This document shows, one piece after another, positions 58,729-64,000 of a DNA stretch of 64,000 nucleotides. Numbering within the stretch: the stretch's first letter is position 1; each line of letters opens with the position of its first letter. The position numbers and the translations under genes are program-made. The stretch spans positions 1 to 64,000 of the forward strand of contig NW_026515682.1 of NCBI RefSeq assembly GCF_025526975.1, written 5' to 3'. The stretch is from Fimicolochytrium jonesii. Its lineage: Eukaryota. The notes beneath the pieces were generated by a model. That model was given only the letters and a program-made list of their open reading frames with translations, did no database searches and was not told the origin of the DNA.

Positions 58729-61700
58729 ATGGACGCAACCGGGCTTCAAGCACTTCGCCAGGTGATATTTTACGGAGCTGTCACTCTCACGCTCAAAGAC
58801 TATATGAACTAACCACCGTCGTCACGATAGACCGAGCGTCTCCTTGCCGAGAAGCTCAAAGAATGCGAAAAAAAGCTTAAAGTGGAATTACATTTCAAAC
58901 AATCCGCGGCCGCTATTGCCAAGGCACAAACAGATAAAAAGGCTCGACGCGACGCCGAAATCCAGCTGGTGCGAGCGAATGAGAACGTCGAGGCTCTTTC
59001 GGTACGGGTACTTTCAATTCTCACGGAATATCGAGCCGTTCAGGAGAGAGTTCGCATAGCAGCGGATAGGGAAGGATCCCTTCCTCCCGTTCCGCCGCCG
59101 CGTCTTGAAAAGATCTTTACTGGGACTGGGAATGATTCACAGCGGAGAACTCCGGAAATGCATCGGCGCCCTGTCCCGGTTCGTTCAGACTCACGGTCCG
59201 ACGCTGGCAGCTTCTCAACTACAGTGTCGGACGATCCCTATGCGAGGACAGCACGTTCCCCCATCGAGGACGTTGCTTCGGAGCAGTCTCCACCATCATC
59301 ACCTGGAAAGGACACTGGCATGTCGCGGCAATTTGTTTTGCAGGCCAAGGAGCTAGCTCTAAAAGATGAAGAGGTTAGGACCTTGACCGGCCTTCTGCGT
59401 CAGACCGAACAGTGCATAGTTGACATGCAGCAAAGGGAACTGCAAATCAAAGATGAGATGGATAAGCAGCTCGCTCAATTGAAGGAAACGCATGAGGCAG
59501 AGATCTCCGACCTCGTGCGGCAGCGGGATGAAATCAATGCTGATAGGGCAGCGTTAGAGGAGGAGCACTCGCGAGATGTAGACATGGCTGATCGTTATCA
59601 GACACGGGTTACCCAATTAGAGCATGAACTGGTCAACCGGGAAGAGCAATGCAAAGTGAACGAAGATGAACTCGCCAAGAGTCGGACTGTCCTAAGAGAA
59701 TTTCAGCATAAGGCGCACCTCGCGGAACGAGCCTGGCGCGATGCCAGTTTCCCGCAGCCCAGCTTTGATGCGCTCGAGTCGGCTGCCAAAAGCAGAGCCA
59801 TGCTGGACGATACAGAACGAGTCCTGGCTCAAGTGCAGCAGCGCAATTCAAGTCTCGAAGGAACAGTCCGGCATCTTTCCAATTTATTGGAAACCGCCCA
59901 TCAAGACCCCGACCACCGAGCTTCTAGTCCGCAAGCGCTGCAAACAATCGAGAGTGTCACCGCTCGAATGGCGGCCGTGGAGAACGCGCTTCTCACGACG
60001 AAAGAGCAGGCCCAGCTGAAACGCAAGGCGCTCAAGAATGCCCTGTCTTCTACTCAGAAAGAATTGTCGGCCGTAACTGAGGCATATGAGACTCTGCGAA
60101 GATCACAGCAGCCTGTCGTCCGCGCAAATACCCAACCCGAAGACAAACTCATTGCCGAAATGAAACGACAGTGGGCAGAGACGTCCAATCGGCAAAGGCA
60201 GGAGTATCAAAACATGATCGAAGAGCTGGAGCGAAACGTCTCCCAGATCAAAATGAAATTACGAACCTCGCAGGAAAAGAATGAGGAACTGCAAATCGAG
60301 TTACAGAAGGTTACAGCTGCATCGACGGAAGCCTCGCGTCCCTCAAGATCTTCTTCCCGATCGTCTCCGAACGCTCCAAAGCGTGAGCGCACTACAAGCC
60401 AAAGCTCAAGCACTTCAGTTCCCACTGTCTACCACGACAGCGACCAAGATCCCGGTCGTGCCGTCGTACAACTGCAAGAGCGCATCGCTGATCTAGAAAC
60501 GAGAAATGCCGAGCTGGCGCAGCTACAGGAGCGTATCGCTGATCTTGAAACCAAAGACGCTGAATTCGCACACCTACAAGACCGGATCGCTGAACTTGAG
60601 ATAAGAAATACTGGACTGCAAAAGAGTAACGATGATATGGAACACATGTTGCGCGACTACGAAGAGAAAGTCGACCGGTCCAGCCGCAAAGTTCAGGATG
60701 TCCAAGGAACTGTTCGAATGCAAAAGCAAAAGATCCAGGGTCTGGAAAGTGAGTTAGAGGCTCTTCAAGCGGTACATGAAGAGCTCCGACAACAGAGGGA
60801 CTCCGCCACGGCAAAGGTAACTTCGCTAACCGAGGAGAGAGACGCAATGGAACATGAACACATTTCAGTCAAAACCGAACGCGACGAAGCTGAGGCAGAA
60901 CTCGAACATGCGAACGATGAGCTCGAAAAGGCCCATGCTGAGCTAGCGAGGCAGAGGATGCTGCATACCCAGGTGGTGGCACAATCTTTGCAAAGACAAG
61001 ATCAAGTTGTCTCTTTGCAGAAGGAAATTGAGGCTTTGGAAGCTCAAATTGAAAGTCTTGATGCGCAGTGGAAGGTGGAGAAAACTGCCCACGCGGAGCT
61101 GATAACTACGGTTGAACGTGCCAAGGAGAACGGCGAGGAGCTTCAGCGGCAAGTCGTTGCGTCCAACACTGAGAAGGATGGGGCGTTACGCACGGCAGAG
61201 GAACTCCGTGCAACGATCAAGGATCTGACCTCTCAGTCAAAGATCCTCTTTGAACAGCTGGAAGATGCTCGCAAGCACGTTGGGAAGCTGCAAGAGAGAC
61301 TGGGCCAATCCGAAAACGCGGTTGCCCACCTCGCTGTGGCGCGAAAGCGTTTGGAGCAGAGCAGCAAGGACGCTGAGCACCAGGGTCAAGAGGTGATCAA
61401 GGACTTGCGGTCTCAAGTTGCGGGGCTCACCTCTACCGTCGCGTCGCTTGAGGAACATATTTCGCACGCAATCAATGCAGAAGAAGCGGTCAAGAAAGAA
61501 AAAGATGCACTCCAGTCCCACATCACCAGTCTTACCGGGACGATCGATCAATTGACCCAATCTATTGCGACCCTTCAAGCCAAGTCCCTAAAGGAATCAG
61601 ATCAGCTTCGCGCTGAAATAGATGCGCTGCAGAGTCGCCTCGATGGACTCGCCGGATCTTATTTGGCAATGGAGAGTGACAAGAACGCTGCTCTTGATCG

Positions 61701-63024
61701 AACTGTGGATCTCGTGGTCCAGGTCGCTAGTCTGAATCGACTGGTAGACGAGCTAAAGAAGGACAAGGACAAGGACAACAGCCAGCTAGGGGAACTTAGT
61801 TCCGCGAAGGAGCGCTCGGCGGAATTGGAGAAAACGGTCAGGCAGATGAAAGAAGCATATTATGAGCTCGAAACGGAAAACGCACATATTATCGAGCGGA
61901 CCGAAGGTCAAATCGCGGGCCTCATCGCAAAGTTGGCCGAGACCGAAAATTTGGTAGATAGCCTGCAGCACGCAAATCAACTCCTCCGTGAGGAGCACAC
62001 AGAGAGGCTGCTTAGCGCTGAGCAGAAGTACGGCCAGACTGATGCCACCCTTGCTGAGTTGAAGGCTGCATATGGTTCACTTTCCGAGGAGAAGGCGGCG
62101 CTTCTGTCAAAGGCGAAATCAGATCTATCGGTTTTGAACGCACAGCTCATAAAGTCGCGCAGAGCCGTCCAACAACTCACAGATGAAATGAGTGCGCTGC
62201 GGGACGAACATATCGCCAAGCAGACGGATGCGGATAAGAGCCTTGCAGAGCTACGCGCCCAATCTTCGGAGCAGTCCCATAGCATGGCTAAGCTGACAAG
62301 TGAGAACGACGCTTTGGAAGCCAAAGCATCCGCCCTGGAGGGCGAGTTGGAACGCCGAGCTAGCGCTGAGCAATATCGCGAACGCCAACTCTCCGAGTTG
62401 ACTTCCGAGCTCAGCGGCCTGCGAACTGCGAAGCAAGATCTCATGAGGAAGATTCACGAATTGGAGGACCTTGCCGCAAAGCGTGAGCACCAAACCACGG
62501 AGGCAAGAACCCGTATTGCGGACCTTGAGAAGCTCATGGACGAACTCGCTGCGCACAAGGAGATGAGCGAACGGGAAAGCGTTGCTCAAGCGGGCCAAAC
62601 TAGCGGCTTGATCTCACATCTCAAAGATGAGATATTGCGCCTTCAATCTCAACTAGCTCAAGAAACCTCGACAATTGAAACACTGCAATCCGAACTCAGA
62701 GAGATACGTGAAGCAGCTGAGGTGGCCGCCAACACCGCATCTACCGCTACGCAAGTCAGTCCATCTGAGGCATCCTACAACGAAGAAGAGTTCGCATCAT
62801 TGATCCAACGCAATATGACTCTGTCAACGGAGCTAGCCGAAATGCAACGAGTTATCCAAGAGCTTAATCGACGGCTGCGAAGGGAATCGGACGAAAACCA
62901 CGAGCTGCGGGAAAAATGCCAAACACTCGCATCGGAGAAAGAAATTGTAGTTGAGGCTCATGTCCCGCCATCGGCCGAACCTATGACGGCGCCACAGAGC
63001 CCTCAGAAAAGGTGGTGGGGTTGA
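58729..63024 (+). CDS. Large (about 1400 aa) coiled-coil protein of unknown family
   Basis: 4.1-kb ORF with heptad-rich composition. Short first exon 58729-58761, then an intron to about 58830. Confidence 0.85.
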
Positions 63025-63680
63025 AAATCTGTAAACTTTCGCACGGAAGTACATTTTCGGAGCCGCCACGAGCTCACATTCCGCCGTTTGTTTTCACTAT
63101 CCAAAATGCAGCAACGGAACGCCGGAGCAGCATTGGGCGACGCCACCTCGTGCTCCCATCTCGACTTGCCCGATGGAAATCTACATGTAGGCGAGATAAT
63201 ACCTGCGCTTGCACGACGCAGGTTGCTCGATGCGAGCACCGTTGTGTAATTGATCCGCGGCGTATAATGGCTGCTGGTTGTGGTATATGTTTTTTGGCTT
63301 TACGTAGTTTGTGATGTTGTACATATCCCGTATGAAATAAGTTGTCCGTCGATGTTAGAAGGCAATGCAGATAGCTCTTCAAAAATGTTAAGACGGGAAT
63401 ACATTTAGAGAAGGCAGATGGGACGGGGCGATTTTATTTTGCAATGCTAAAGCCAGTAAAACAATACATAAGTATCTGAGTTCAGTATATGGGGGTGAGT
63501 CGCTGCTCCTACGGCCTAAGGCACTATGGAAGTCAGCAACACCACGTATTTGGACCAACAAGTGCTCTCCTCCATCCTGCGCCGAACATGTTGTTCCGAC
63601 ATAAACAAGTGCATCACGTTGAGCGCCCCAATCCTGCCACCCGTTTCGTAGACGCTCGTATGCATCAATACGCCCCCCTC

Positions 63681-64000
63681 TCAAAAGACTGGATGCTCCT
63701 CCGGCATCAAATCCGCCCAAGGATCCTCGGTGAACGTCTTCTTGTAGTAGCCCTCGAACCCATCCTCGGTCACCGTCAAGCCACGTTCACCCTCAAGAAC
63801 GGGCGCATTCTGAGAATCTTCGTCTAGATCCAGATCTCCGCCCTCAGCTGGATCATGAACATCCGTTTTGCGACGCTGCGGGAAAAGAAGTCAACATATG
63901 ATCCCACCCGGTCCGGTCAATCTCTGCACAGTATAGAAGGTCATGTACCTTATTTGCGACGTGGTCCCGTTCGCTCCGTCTTTTGTTTCCGCCGCGCCCA
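63681..64000 (-). CDS. 3' end of a gene encoding a TTDN1/MPLKIP-like C-terminal motif (5' part outside the window)
   Basis: Exons 64000-63949 and 63875-63681 splice to GRGGNKRR...EGYYKKTFTEDPWADLMPEEHPVF*. Confidence 0.65.

Noticed and set aside
9489..64000. Alternative genetic code or pseudogenisation suggested by fragmented ORFs
   Set aside because: The breaks checked in host genes are explained by short GT-AG introns with the standard code.

Overview
Eukaryotic nuclear DNA, about 53% GC by eye, with short GT-AG introns. It is almost certainly fungal (ATP18 and a HAL-family kinase) and probably an early-diverging lineage such as a chytrid; the lineage is an inference. Bases 1-8885 are a nest of Ty3/gypsy chromovirus LTR retrotransposons. 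A full-length element A (153-6094, TSD GAGGA) sits inside the 3' LTR of an oppositely oriented relative B. B is truncated by another B-type LTR. Element A shows a tRNA-independent, Tf1/sushi-type self-priming site and a candidate -1 frameshift cassette (G GAU UUU plus H-type pseudoknot). Bases 9.5-64 kb are gene-dense with about 23 genes: ALMT/FUSC-like transporter, GT31-PAN, two alpha/beta hydrolases, OLA1, acyl-CoA oxidase, RPL30, ATP18, UNG, HAL kinase, TIM17, Tudor-like and Myb-like proteins, a P450, GTP cyclohydrolase I, V-ATPase subunit a, COG6, a PPN1-like phosphoesterase, NIPA, two coiled-coil proteins, an uncertain F-box-like ORF and the 3' end of a TTDN1/MPLKIP-like gene. Exon boundaries were read by eye and no searches were run. 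No tRNA, rRNA or CRISPR array was seen.
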